IMG/VR virus record: IMGVR_UViG_3300034691_000040
Span: 32,001 to 96,000 of that record
DNA: 64,000 nt
Reading direction: 5' to 3' (one strand)
Source: a virus
Shown here: piece after piece, positions 1-9,806 of the stretch
Position numbering within the stretch: position 1 is the stretch's first letter
Layout: the number at the start of each line of letters is the position of its first letter
Position numbers and translations under genes: made by a program
Notes under the pieces: model-generated
What the model was told of the DNA's origin: nothing
What the model saw: the letters and a program-made list of their open reading frames with translations, nothing else
Database searches by the model: none

Positions 1-40
1 CCCCGGCCAATGGCCGGGGTGTATGCTACTTCTTTTTTTT
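1..40. terminator. Hairpin-TATG family member (left end truncated)
   Basis: CCCCGGCC-AAT-GGCCGGGG then TGTATGCTACTTCTTTTTTTT. Confidence 0.75.
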
Positions 41-41
41 G

Positions 42-248
42 TTACAAGGTGCCGTTATCGCGGGCGATGATGTCTTCCACCTCAACATTGATACCGAGGT
101 TTGAAAGATACTCTACCGCTTCACGTTTGGCGTGCAGTTCAGAATGAAAGTTCTGACCCTGAAACAAAAGCTTTCCTTCATGAGCGAAGCTGTAATGTGG
201 ACGCCCACTCCAACATCCGCCTACGTTTAACACATGCTCAGTCTTCAT
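42..248 (-). CDS. Small hypothetical protein (68 aa)
   Basis: ORF directly downstream of dnaB on the same strand, preceded by a GGGG purine tract and ending just before the hairpin at 1-25. No recognisable motif. Confidence 0.55.
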   Translation of the reverse strand: MKTEHVLNVGGCWSGRPHYSFAHEGKLLFQGQNFHSELHAKREAVEYLSNLGINVEVEDIIARDNGTL

Positions 249-259
249 GGTAAACCCCC

Positions 260-1807
260 TTATTCATCAAAGTCGCTGAAATCACGTCCTTGCTCACCAC
301 CTGCAAGACGACCACCCACTTTCTTGTAGGAGATATCTTCAGTGCTGAACAGATCGTATTTGAAACCGATCATACCCAGTTCAAGGAACCGCAGTGCAAA
401 CCGTTTATGGTCTTCGTTGGTTGCCCCCAACTTACGGTGTTTGCCCCACTGAACTTCTTGCCATGTCACGCCTGCATGGACACGTTTGGCAATGAAGTAC
501 TCAAAGTCAAATTCTGTGTCGAGCTTCTTACAGCCTTCGTAGTACCCCTTACCTACCAACCTGGCTAGATAGTCATCAGGATACATCCGCGCTTCTTCCT
601 TGGCCTGCGTGGAGAGCTGGTGGGCGGTATAATGGAAGATGTTGTTAGGTGAAGTGAAGTGACGCGTGTAACGATGTACGCCTTGGACCTCATCACCTGC
701 GGTTTGAACTGGAATACCTTGCTTACCCATGAGGTTAGCGTAGTCCAAACCAGCCGAGATGATTTCGTAGCCTTCTTCTTGATAACTGCGAAGCGATTCG
801 ATGTAATCGGTGTAAGGTTGACCGCCTGTAAATTCTTGAAACTTAACTTTGAAACCACGTTCTTGAAGTCGGTCACGAACGTAAGTAGCCATCTCGATTG
901 GCGAAAGACCACGGATGTCGATTGGGCGTTCCCAGTTGTACTCCTGCTGTTTGAGCATGATGTACAGTTTCTGGAATACCAGCTCAAGCTTATCTTCAAT
1001 CGTTGTGTAAACGTGAAGAGGGATCTTGGTCTCATCGAACAACACTGGACTGTTGTAGCAGCACATCGACACCAGGAAGTCCAGCAGGTTGCCTGACTTG
1101 TTCTGCCCTGGTAGTGCGCTGACGTTAAGCCACTCACCACGACGGTAACCATCTTGGTCACCGGTCATCCGGTTGAAAGCTTTAATAGCGTGCTTGAGGA
1201 TGGACTTAGGGTCAATGGCGGTTTGCGCCAAGTTAAAGACCTCGGCCATCGACTCCAAATCATCGACGTCAATAGAGCGCGCAATTGCAGCAGCACGCTT
1301 CTTATCGCCCAATGACAAGTTCTGCAGCTTCATGACAATTTCGTTACGAAACTCCATGACGCTTTTAATACTGTCGCGTTCAAACGCAAGACGACGACTG
1401 GCTTTTCTGATCAGTGCTTCAAACTCTTGCACTGCCGAAAAGGACATCAGTTCGTGACTGAACTCTTCGTACTTATCTTTGGCCGCCTGCGGATCGTCAA
1501 CTAAAAGTAAAGTCTTACAAAATAGATCATATAGACGATCATTATCCCCCGTGGCGATACGCACACGGGTCATTAGGTCATCCAAGTCCATGGGTTTTTC
1601 AGAACCACGGTGCTTTAACCAGATCAGCAATGCGCGTAGCTTCAGCAGAGATGACTTCTCAGTGTTGACTAGCTGACGCTCATCTGAAATTTGAACGTGG
1701 GCTACAGCGCTTTCCAATACGTTATGAAGCGCATCTTCGTTTATATTGCAGTGGCTCGCGTAATACGCAGCGCCGATAGCTTTCGCTAGGAGTAGCTTGA
1801 TTTCCAT
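260..1807 (-). CDS. dnaB: DnaB-like replicative helicase (phiKZ gp118-like)
   Basis: 515 aa. Walker A-like ALPGQNKSG, Walker B-like LDYANL and TAHQLS (DnaB H3/H4-like). Lies divergently just before the capsid block, as in phiKZ-like phages. Confidence 0.88.
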   Translation of the reverse strand: MEIKLLLAKAIGAAYYASHCNINEDALHNVLESAVAHVQISDERQLVNTEKSSLLKLRALLIWLKHRGSEKPMDLDDLMTRVRIATGDNDRLYDLFCKTLLLVDDPQAAKDKYEEFSHELMSFSAVQEFEALIRKASRRLAFERDSIKSVMEFRNEIVMKLQNLSLGDKKRAAAIARSIDVDDLESMAEVFNLAQTAIDPKSILKHAIKAFNRMTGDQDGYRRGEWLNVSALPGQNKSGNLLDFLVSMCCYNSPVLFDETKIPLHVYTTIEDKLELVFQKLYIMLKQQEYNWERPIDIRGLSPIEMATYVRDRLQERGFKVKFQEFTGGQPYTDYIESLRSYQEEGYEIISAGLDYANLMGKQGIPVQTAGDEVQGVHRYTRHFTSPNNIFHYTAHQLSTQAKEEARMYPDDYLARLVGKGYYEGCKKLDTEFDFEYFIAKRVHAGVTWQEVQWGKHRKLGATNEDHKRFALRFLELGMIGFKYDLFSTEDISYKKVGGRLAGGEQGRDFSDFDE

Positions 1808-1842
1808 ACCGCCTCACAGAAGGCTTTAACAGGATTCACATA

Positions 1843-2391
1843 ATGGACAAACCCATTGAGTTGCGGTTCATCCCACTGTGGTTGAGTAAGGTGGTGTCGT
1901 ACTACAACACCGACCCAAAAGAATTCGAAAGCATAGTATCAAGCCACGACCAAAAGTTGTTTAAATTGGCCAACCATTTGCTTCGTTCTAAACTTAAACT
2001 GTTGGGGATTACCGATTATGTTTTCCCTGCAGTGGATGTCGAAGAAGGGTTTGATACTGATGAAGCGTTGTTCGCGCTTTACGGAAACAACGAGGACGGC
2101 CACAAACTGGCTGAGTATACCCTCAAGAATTTCGTAATTGTACCCGATAAGTATGATGGCATCTTGCTGATTGAGAAGCCCGCCGGTGCTGAAGAGAAGG
2201 AATTGATTTATGAGCTGTTGTTAGCTCTGGCTCTTTACCGTGGGAAAGAGGTTGCTTATAGCTCTGACCTGTTCAAACAATATCTGGTTGCCGTGAATAA
2301 AAACTACGGCAGCGGCAGTAGCGCTGATCATTTCCATGAGCACCTTAAAGCAGCACTGGCTAAAGCCCGTGCCGAAGATGCTGATGACTAA
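1843..2391 (+). CDS. Conserved hypothetical protein, possibly a head protein (phiKZ gp119 position)
   Basis: 182 aa ORF with AGGA RBS, between helicase and major capsid gene. Function inferred from position only. Confidence 0.55.
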   Translation: MDKPIELRFIPLWLSKVVSYYNTDPKEFESIVSSHDQKLFKLANHLLRSKLKLLGITDYVFPAVDVEEGFDTDEALFALYGNNEDGHKLAEYTLKNFVIVPDKYDGILLIEKPAGAEEKELIYELLLALALYRGKEVAYSSDLFKQYLVAVNKNYGSGSSADHFHEHLKAALAKARAEDADD

Positions 2392-2540
2392 AAAGAGCAG
2401 TGCTGTAAAAGTGTTATGTGTAAATCGCCTAGTGGGTCGTAGGTCTGCCTTTAGTAGTCGACTACTTTGGGAATCGGCGCAGTCCTAAAAACAAAGCTTT
2501 GTAATTACGACTATCTGGTAGTCATTTTGGAGCACCACGT

Positions 2541-4820
2541 ATGAGTCTCATCCGCATCAACAAGGAACAATACGTTACCAAGTCCGGCCTCGACGCCAAC
2601 GCTTTGGTCACCCACGTCAACGGCGGCAGCGGCTACAGCGTTGAAGGCAAGGAGCTGGTTTCCTCGCTCAAAGACGGCAGCTTCGAAGGCAAGATCCAAC
2701 TCGGCACCATCGCCGATAAACTGAAGTCGACCCTGAGCTTCGAAGGCGCTGCTGTCTCCGCCGACGGCAAGCCTGATTACAGCTTCAACTCGCGTCAAGC
2801 CGGTCTGGCCTCCGCTTCCCTGATCATGGCCTTCGCCGCCGATCCTGCTGCTTACCAGCGCGCCTGCATCTCCTTCGAGCAGAAAGCTCTGCCAGAAGGT
2901 TCGAGCATCGCCAACGCCACCGGCCTGGAACACGACTCGATCTCCGAGTTCTACTCCAAGGAATCCTTCGACAACCAAAACCTGGTTGACTCGTTGTTCC
3001 TCTCGGTTGGCCTGAACTACAAAATCGCCCGCCAAGGCCCAGCAATGGACATGATGTACCGTCCACTGCCGATGACCCCGGACCAAGGCGCGTTCGACAT
3101 CGAGATCCCTTGCCTGTACGTTCAAAACAACGTCAAGCACGCTCAAGATGGCAGCCCATCCGACTTCGGCCTGCGCCGTGTACTCGACGCCGCGATCGAC
3201 CACGAAATCCTGAACGACAACGCTACAGCCGTAATCCCAGGCTATAACGATGCCACCAAGGAAAACTTCGTCGAAACCGCAGTGGTTGCACCGTTCGAAA
3301 AAACCGAAGGCCGTCGCGTCGTAACGACCAGCGCCCTGAAAGTGAACCGGACCATCAACCTGTTCGGCCTGGGCAACGTGGACAACATCCAACGCGTTGG
3401 TCAAGCGGATTACTCCGAAGCTCTCGACCGTAACATCGGCGTGGCCTCGGTGTTCCTGCGTCTGGGTAGCGATACCCTGGTTGTTGATACCCGCATGGCT
3501 CCGTACAGCCGTTTCTACAAAGGTCCAGAACAAGGCGGCCGTTCGGTCAAGCTGTCCTTCCCTGTGACCCTGCTGGAACTGAACAAAGATAGCATGAACT
3601 ACCTGGGTGAAGCCCTGTCGGCTCCGGTGTTCGGCATCATTGCCAACGGCAAGTACACCGTGCGCTGCAAGTTCACCCTGAACGGTGATGGCGACGTTGA
3701 ACGTGGTACCGTGAGCGTCAACCCTTCGCAAGTCGAAGTGATGTCGATCTACGACGAACTGGGCGGCGCTGTGTCCCTGACCGGCACCGTTGGTCTGAGC
3801 ATCGTGAACGGCCTGCAAGCCATCGTTGTTTCCGGCTGGTATCCTGATGCCCGCCTGACCAACAGCAACCACCGTTACCTGGGTCTGCAACTGAACACCC
3901 GTCCGGTGCGTGAGCGTCTGCTCAGCCGTACTCGTGCTCCGTTCTTCGTTCCTTACCCACTGGGTGAAGAGCGCGACCAAACCGTTCTGGATCAGTTGAC
4001 CTACGTCGTTGGCCAATACACCAACAACGAAGCCATCGGTACCATGATCGGTTACCACGAACGCACCATGCGGCTCACCAACGGCGGCCTGCGTGGCAAC
4101 CTGACCATGGGCGACTTCGAGCTGAACTCCAAGCCGATCGAAGGTATCAGCCGCTGGTTGATCAACCCGTACGTCGTCGAGCTGAACGTTGACTTCCGTA
4201 ACGCTCAGTCGCTGGAAACCAGCAACAACGTCGAGAACGCCTGCGAAACCCTGTTCAACGTGCTGCGCTCTGCCGCCTTCGACGGCCTGCAACGTTCCAA
4301 CTACGAAACCGTGTGCCGGTTCGTGGATGGTGGCGAAGTGGCCAACAAATGGCGCCTGGCGATCGTTACCAGCCCGAAAATCAAGCGCTTCCTGACCCTG
4401 CAAGGCGACAGCCGTACCCTGGGTGCGGATCTGCCATTCCAGCTGGAAAGCGACATCGACAACCGCATGAACGGCAAGCTCTACATGGGCCTGGTCCGCG
4501 ACGGCGATGGTTTCGACCCAATGTCCAACGGCATCATGCTGTTGACTCCGACAATGGTTACCACCATCACCGCTACCCGCGACAACTCGCCGCGTAAAGA
4601 AGCAGTGGTTCAACCACGTTTCCAACACTACCAAATCCTGCCGTGGCTGATCAAAGTCAACGTGTTCGGCGTGGACGAACTGTTGGAATCCACCCTGCCT
4701 TTTCGTGTCGAAAACAAGCCGGTTGCAGCTTTCGGTGGTGATGCCATCGTCCCAGCTCCAGTCACCACTACCGCAGTTGCACCAGTGAATGGCGCAGCTG
4801 ATAGCGGTGCCGGCGCGTAA
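2541..4820 (+). CDS. Major capsid protein precursor (phiKZ gp120-like)
   Basis: 759 aa, GGAG RBS and very strong C/G-ending codon bias. N-terminal propeptide carries repeated S/G-x-E motifs (SVE35, SFE49, SFE68, SFE113, GLE130, SKE141). Size and position between dnaB and the nvRNAP subunit match the family. Confidence 0.9.
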   Translation: MSLIRINKEQYVTKSGLDANALVTHVNGGSGYSVEGKELVSSLKDGSFEGKIQLGTIADKLKSTLSFEGAAVSADGKPDYSFNSRQAGLASASLIMAFAADPAAYQRACISFEQKALPEGSSIANATGLEHDSISEFYSKESFDNQNLVDSLFLSVGLNYKIARQGPAMDMMYRPLPMTPDQGAFDIEIPCLYVQNNVKHAQDGSPSDFGLRRVLDAAIDHEILNDNATAVIPGYNDATKENFVETAVVAPFEKTEGRRVVTTSALKVNRTINLFGLGNVDNIQRVGQADYSEALDRNIGVASVFLRLGSDTLVVDTRMAPYSRFYKGPEQGGRSVKLSFPVTLLELNKDSMNYLGEALSAPVFGIIANGKYTVRCKFTLNGDGDVERGTVSVNPSQVEVMSIYDELGGAVSLTGTVGLSIVNGLQAIVVSGWYPDARLTNSNHRYLGLQLNTRPVRERLLSRTRAPFFVPYPLGEERDQTVLDQLTYVVGQYTNNEAIGTMIGYHERTMRLTNGGLRGNLTMGDFELNSKPIEGISRWLINPYVVELNVDFRNAQSLETSNNVENACETLFNVLRSAAFDGLQRSNYETVCRFVDGGEVANKWRLAIVTSPKIKRFLTLQGDSRTLGADLPFQLESDIDNRMNGKLYMGLVRDGDGFDPMSNGIMLLTPTMVTTITATRDNSPRKEAVVQPRFQHYQILPWLIKVNVFGVDELLESTLPFRVENKPVAAFGGDAIVPAPVTTTAVAPVNGAADSGAGA

Positions 4821-4850
4821 CTGAGCAATCAGTGAGCGGTAGGTAGTCAA

Positions 4851-4881
4851 CATAGAGCCCGGCGCAATGCCGGGCTCTATG
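4851..4881 (+). terminator. Hairpin-TATG family member after the capsid gene
   Basis: CATAGAGCCCGGC-GCAAT-GCCGGGCTCTATG, followed by CCGTAA. Confidence 0.8.
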
Positions 4882-4999
4882 CCGTAACTATTCATTTTAT
4901 TGCTCAACACGATTACAGCAATACATTACTATTTAGTAGAGCGGAAAGAATAAAAGGGACACTCCAACTAGAGTGAAAATTAACTAGGGGCCATTACCT

Positions 5000-6115
5000 A
5001 TGACGTCAAAAGATCATCGGGTAAGTGTGTTGGATACTTGTTCCTATTCGCCGCGTTATGGGGGGTTCGCCTTAACGCACGATTCCAGCAACACTTATTC
5101 GAAGACCGTAAGGTACGTTAATAATACCAAACAAGAAGTCGACGTTAAAGAACGTAGTGGTGTGGTCGTGGCGCTTGCGCCGAATCCGTACCAGCAAACG
5201 CGTGTTGAATCAATCGAGATTGAGGTTGAGTGGCGCATGACCAATCAGTGTTTCATGGAAACAGCTGATCGGTTAGCGGAAGGTCATCCAGGTGACCCAC
5301 TACTTAAGGTCGTGATTGAAGCGTTTGATAACCGCAATAAGCGTGGTGGTAAAGAGACTGAGACATCTTCTTTGGCCCTAAGCATTAGCTTTCCGCTCGA
5401 AGACTTGCGCAAGGCAGGTGGTTCAGTTTATCTTGAAGAGTTAGACATTACTTTAGGCATGCCTATTATGCCAGGTAGTCGAAAAATCAACCATCCGTTC
5501 GAGCCGCGTGAACGTGTGAAGAAATCTTTCGCAAGTTCGGTTCCCTTCGTGACGAATGAAACATTCTTGTTCTCCATGAAGGCAATTAATAATGATCAAG
5601 TGGCTAAAAACCACGATCGTTTTATGCTGCTTGGTAGTCAGGTGTACCGAGTACCGGTGGAGCGAGACCCGCACCATCAGAACGGTATCCACATCGTCAG
5701 ACGGCGCAATGCTGATAGTGATCCTCCAGACGTAGGTACTGTAGTCGAGGAACACATGACGTTTGAGGAGGCTGATAAACGATTTAGGCTTTACGATACT
5801 GTTGAAATGGCCCGCAAGATGGGCGATCCTGAAGTGCACTTTAAGCTCGAACTTGCAGAGATGGGTCGAGCGCAAAAGATCGAAGAGATTGCACAGAAAC
5901 GAGTGGATGCTGAAGATGCTGCTGTAATCACTGCGCGCCGGTTAGATCTGGAACGAGAGAGGTTAGAGATGGCAACGGCAAAAGCCCGTGAAGACTTAGC
6001 CAAAGACAGGGTGAGGAACTTTGGCGACTGGGTAGGTCTGTGTGGCAAGTTCTTATTGGTGGCATTAGGGGCGCTTACATCGCTTGCGAAGTTGAGTACC
6101 TTAAAACCAGTTTAA
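5000..6115 (+). CDS. Conserved hypothetical protein with C-terminal coiled coil and hydrophobic tail
   Basis: 371 aa, GGGG RBS. E/K/R-rich helix followed by the hydrophobic segment WVGLCGKFLLVALGALTSLA. Confidence 0.65.
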   Translation: MTSKDHRVSVLDTCSYSPRYGGFALTHDSSNTYSKTVRYVNNTKQEVDVKERSGVVVALAPNPYQQTRVESIEIEVEWRMTNQCFMETADRLAEGHPGDPLLKVVIEAFDNRNKRGGKETETSSLALSISFPLEDLRKAGGSVYLEELDITLGMPIMPGSRKINHPFEPRERVKKSFASSVPFVTNETFLFSMKAINNDQVAKNHDRFMLLGSQVYRVPVERDPHHQNGIHIVRRRNADSDPPDVGTVVEEHMTFEEADKRFRLYDTVEMARKMGDPEVHFKLELAEMGRAQKIEEIAQKRVDAEDAAVITARRLDLERERLEMATAKAREDLAKDRVRNFGDWVGLCGKFLLVALGALTSLAKLSTLKPV

Positions 6116-6126
6116 ATAGGCCCAGC

Positions 6127-7770
6127 ATGGATATTGAGTGGTTCAACGATTTACAAGCGGACAGGCCCAAGTTCAACCAAGACATCATCGATGGTATTGC
6201 GTATAAGGAACTCAAGAAGGCTGAAGACCGCGTAGTCAATGTCATTCATTGCGCGGAACCTAGCTTTCCTGATAAGTTCGAGTTCTTGGGTGCTTCTGTT
6301 TGTGGACCACGGGAAACGTTTCAAGTCATCGCCGGCGGGTTAACCAAATCCAACCGGATGCCACCTACCGTGGATCTGGCCATCACCGATGCTAAGCTGG
6401 TAAAGTTCCAGTTCGCGTTTGATGACCGGGAATTATATCCTCGGTATTTCTACGTGCCCTATAGTCGCCTCGGTGGCTTCATGGGCATTGCAGGCAACCA
6501 GTTCCTGATCAGTGCAGTCTTGGCAGACCCATGCTTTAGCGTGGGCACTGACCATGTCTTCCTGCGTGTGAACCGGGCGCCGATGACGTTCAAGCTTGTT
6601 GATACGACCATGCGTATTGATGGCGTGTTAGCCAGTCGGGACATCCCGTACAGTTGGCTTCACCACAAAGGGGCCTCTAACAAGACCTCTGAAAGTGATG
6701 TATTGCAGTTAGGGCATGTTGTCACCACGTTACCGCATTATTTGTTCTGCAAGTACGGCCTGCGCGAAGCTTTCAAGAAGTTCTGCAAAGTCGACGTCAT
6801 CATTCAGCACGAAGACGAACCTGTAGATACAAAAGAATACGTGGTGTTCTCAAGCCAGAAGGTAAACAAGCCACGCACTCTGAAAATGAAGGCTGACTTG
6901 TACAAACTGATAGCATCGCCCATGGTGCTGTTGGTGCCTCGTAAGAAACAGTCGGAGTTGGTGAATCAGTTTGCAGCTGCGTTCTTCTACATCGTCGACC
7001 ACTTCCCAGAAGCACGGGAGGTTGAAGACCTGATGGGGGATGAGCTGTGGAAAGTATGGCTGGGGTATGTGTTGTTCGGCGATCAGCTGGGACGGCACAA
7101 GTTGGTTGAGAACGTTGAGAACCACCTTGTCAGAGGTATTGACGAGTATGTGGATCATGACTGTCGGCAGATGCTGTACGATGAGGAAAACCTCATCATC
7201 AACGACATCTACGAGCTGTTCATCTACTTGATCAACAACATCAAGGGGATGATTCAGAACAGTGAGAAAGATATCGCTAGCATGTTCGGTAAGCGCTTAA
7301 CTGTCGCGCCGTATGTGCTACGCGATATCACCAGTCAGGTCATGCGGTGTTTGTTTGAAATCACAAACAACCGCAAGAAGGTGTTGAAGTTCGATGACTA
7401 TAACAAGATCCTTGGTAAGTTCTTCAGACACACTGAAGTGTTCAATCTGAGAAAGACCAATGAGAAACGGTTCATGTCGTCTGTATCGACGCCTGGAGAT
7501 AACCTTCTCTTCAAACTCACAACCAAGATTGTTAAGCAAGCCCACACCTCAGGTAGCAAGAAGGCGCCTAGCGTTAACGTGAATGATCCTTCAAGCTGGC
7601 TGCACTATTCGTCTCTTGAGGCGGGTAACTACGGCATGCTACCTAAGCACGGACCCCTTGCAAACAATACCATCAGCCCAACCGTCAAACTGGATGAGAA
7701 CAACACCATCGTCGAGAAAGAACACCTCAAAGCTACAAACGCCTACGTTAACTACGTTATTCGCCGTTAA
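6127..7770 (+). CDS. Non-virion RNA polymerase beta subunit, N-terminal fragment (phiKZ gp123-like)
   Basis: About 547 aa from the ATG at 6127; the ORF-track start at 6040 overlaps the upstream gene. RpoB-like segments (YFYVPY...GNQFLISAVLAD, C-terminal NNTISP) and position two genes after the capsid gene. Confidence 0.72.
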   Translation: MDIEWFNDLQADRPKFNQDIIDGIAYKELKKAEDRVVNVIHCAEPSFPDKFEFLGASVCGPRETFQVIAGGLTKSNRMPPTVDLAITDAKLVKFQFAFDDRELYPRYFYVPYSRLGGFMGIAGNQFLISAVLADPCFSVGTDHVFLRVNRAPMTFKLVDTTMRIDGVLASRDIPYSWLHHKGASNKTSESDVLQLGHVVTTLPHYLFCKYGLREAFKKFCKVDVIIQHEDEPVDTKEYVVFSSQKVNKPRTLKMKADLYKLIASPMVLLVPRKKQSELVNQFAAAFFYIVDHFPEAREVEDLMGDELWKVWLGYVLFGDQLGRHKLVENVENHLVRGIDEYVDHDCRQMLYDEENLIINDIYELFIYLINNIKGMIQNSEKDIASMFGKRLTVAPYVLRDITSQVMRCLFEITNNRKKVLKFDDYNKILGKFFRHTEVFNLRKTNEKRFMSSVSTPGDNLLFKLTTKIVKQAHTSGSKKAPSVNVNDPSSWLHYSSLEAGNYGMLPKHGPLANNTISPTVKLDENNTIVEKEHLKATNAYVNYVIRR

Positions 7771-7796
7771 AAAACCGCCCGTTCCCTGGAGTGCCT

Positions 7797-9659
7797 ATGT
7801 ATAATGGTGGAGAGGACCGTCGATTAGTCGACTATGTCTTCAAGAGTTGCGCCGACCTGATTGATCGAAACGCACGCCAAAGTGATTTGCGTAACGCTTA
7901 CGCGGACATGATGGCGTCAAACCAATGGGTGAACCGTGACATCGACGGTTTGGTCAACGCTATCGTTGAAGCCCTGCCTGCGCTTGAGCGCCTATTTGCT
8001 CGCGGTAATGAGCAGTTGGCCGATTGGATCGACCAGGCCATTTCGAGTATGGTGGATGGTCACTTCGCCGGCATCATCTTGAAGTCTAAGGTGGCTAACG
8101 ATCTTGACCGTAACACTTACGAAGAAATGCGCCGTGCGGCCAATGGCTTTATCGATGTGTGCAAGACGGCTCAACGTGGTGGTCGTGACATTGGCCGCGG
8201 TGATGACCGCACACCTGCGCGAGCCGTGAACGACATCGGCGCTGTCGGTAATTACCGAGGTGGCGGTGAACGTGGCAACGAGAAGGCTTCGCTGGATGAC
8301 GGCTGGTTGGAAATTGCCCGTGCTAAGCAGGGCGTGACCGATGTAGTCGAACATGTGGAAGACCGGCCTGCTTCGCCACGCTATGTTGAAGAACAGGCTC
8401 GGCAGACGCCGCTGTACCGCGAACCTGATCGTCCAGACACTGTCATCGAAGGGCCTGATTACACCAAGGCCGATCCATGGCGTGAATTCTGGCGGCAAGG
8501 CGAGCACTGGCAGATTGCCCACCATTCCAAATGGAAGCTGACAGTCGATCCAGATGCTGACATCGACGATGGCATTAAAGCAATTCCGTCGTTTTACAAC
8601 ATCAACACCCATCTCAAATATTACGTCAAGAATGAAAGCGGCGAAGTCCGTGAGGAGTTAATCGAAGTGAATGACGATAACAGATACCAAGCTCATCAGC
8701 TGCTCGCATCCGAAGACGAATCGTTCAAACCACCAGTGCGTAGCGCCGGCATGTCTCTGAACCCTCGTAAAGTCCAGCCGGCCGATGACGTGTTGGGTAA
8801 CGATGTTCTCGACACCCCCGCTCCGGCGCCTGACCTTGTGGGTATTCTGGCCACGCTGGATGAAGAAAGCCTCGTTCCAAGCGGTGACAAAACTCTGATT
8901 ACTGACAGCCTGTACGCGTCGGTATTCAGTGTCCGTGCAAAAATGATCCGTGAGAATGCGCCGACCAGCGTAGAACTCTCCGTCATGCGAACGCCAGTAT
9001 TGGTGAAGTCGATTGACCAGACCGAACTGATCAACAAGGTATTCGAAGCCCCAACCATGATGGCCGCGGCCAACGCCATGAATGAGCAGAAGCATCTGTT
9101 CGAGCCGAATTTGTGGAATGTTCTGAACGACCGTATTACCAGCAAGTTCCATCATGCCACTCGTTACGCGTTTAGCTACGACGGCCTGAGCAGCAAAGTA
9201 AAATTCGCCCAACACTTCGACAAGGTTCTGCAGCACGTCGAGGGCAAACGCGGTAAAGAATGGGCGGCATCGTATGCTTCTCGTGTGAAATACGTTCTGG
9301 CGTCCGCCTGCGGACACTTGAATGCTGAAGATTTGTCCGACGGTTTGTCGGGCTTGGGTGATCTGACAGGCATCAACGCGGTGGTCTTCTCAGACTACCA
9401 GGTTGTTGTCGCGTTGGATTACACCCTGGACCAATTGGGATTGGGTAAGGCACTTATCGACAGTCCAATGGGTCTGTCCGTATCGGGGTCGGAGCATCCG
9501 CGTCTTCACGCTGCGTTGCTGCGCGTGTACAAGAAGCTGGACGACACCTATGCGGCGATCCACATTCGCGTCGTGTTGTCGACTTCGGATAATCAGCTGG
9601 TTGAGATCGTGCCGTACAGCGTCCGCACTTCGTCCTTCGTGCTGGCTCTGCTTAACTAA
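7797..9659 (+). CDS. Conserved hypothetical protein (about 620 aa)
   Basis: GGAG at 7788-7791 precedes the ATG at 7797. Long ORF with coding-like codon bias, co-directional with the nvRNAP subunit gene. Confidence 0.7.
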   Translation: MYNGGEDRRLVDYVFKSCADLIDRNARQSDLRNAYADMMASNQWVNRDIDGLVNAIVEALPALERLFARGNEQLADWIDQAISSMVDGHFAGIILKSKVANDLDRNTYEEMRRAANGFIDVCKTAQRGGRDIGRGDDRTPARAVNDIGAVGNYRGGGERGNEKASLDDGWLEIARAKQGVTDVVEHVEDRPASPRYVEEQARQTPLYREPDRPDTVIEGPDYTKADPWREFWRQGEHWQIAHHSKWKLTVDPDADIDDGIKAIPSFYNINTHLKYYVKNESGEVREELIEVNDDNRYQAHQLLASEDESFKPPVRSAGMSLNPRKVQPADDVLGNDVLDTPAPAPDLVGILATLDEESLVPSGDKTLITDSLYASVFSVRAKMIRENAPTSVELSVMRTPVLVKSIDQTELINKVFEAPTMMAAANAMNEQKHLFEPNLWNVLNDRITSKFHHATRYAFSYDGLSSKVKFAQHFDKVLQHVEGKRGKEWAASYASRVKYVLASACGHLNAEDLSDGLSGLGDLTGINAVVFSDYQVVVALDYTLDQLGLGKALIDSPMGLSVSGSEHPRLHAALLRVYKKLDDTYAAIHIRVVLSTSDNQLVEIVPYSVRTSSFVLALLN

Positions 9660-9688
9660 CTGACTTCCGCTCTACAAGCCTGAAGTCG

Positions 9689-9791
9689 GCAACGTAACGA
9701 CCGTGCTAGCACGGTGTAGGTCGAGTCCGTCGTCACTAATGTGATTACGGCAGGTTGCGGGATGTCACAAATCCCGCAGTCTTGTTTTTTT
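9689..9791 (+). promoter_or_regulatory. Structured leader (three-way junction) overlapping an intrinsic terminator; riboswitch/attenuator-like
   Basis: GCAAC 9689-93 pairs with GTTGC 9754-58 and encloses two hairpins. The same GTTGC lies within the terminator stem 9753-63/9771-81, which is followed by TTGTTTTTTTT. Confidence 0.45.
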
Positions 9792-9806
9792 TGTTCCGAG
9801 GACGCT

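Noticed and set aside
2511-4910. 799-aa minus-strand ORF covering the capsid gene
   Set aside because: Antisense shadow produced by strong codon bias of the capsid gene; no RBS and no recognisable motifs.
9661-9790. tRNA, hammerhead, twister or a known riboswitch
   Set aside because: No cloverleaf with T-loop, no CUGANGA/GAAA core on either strand, and no match to the consensus motifs I can recall. Kept only as an unassigned structured leader.
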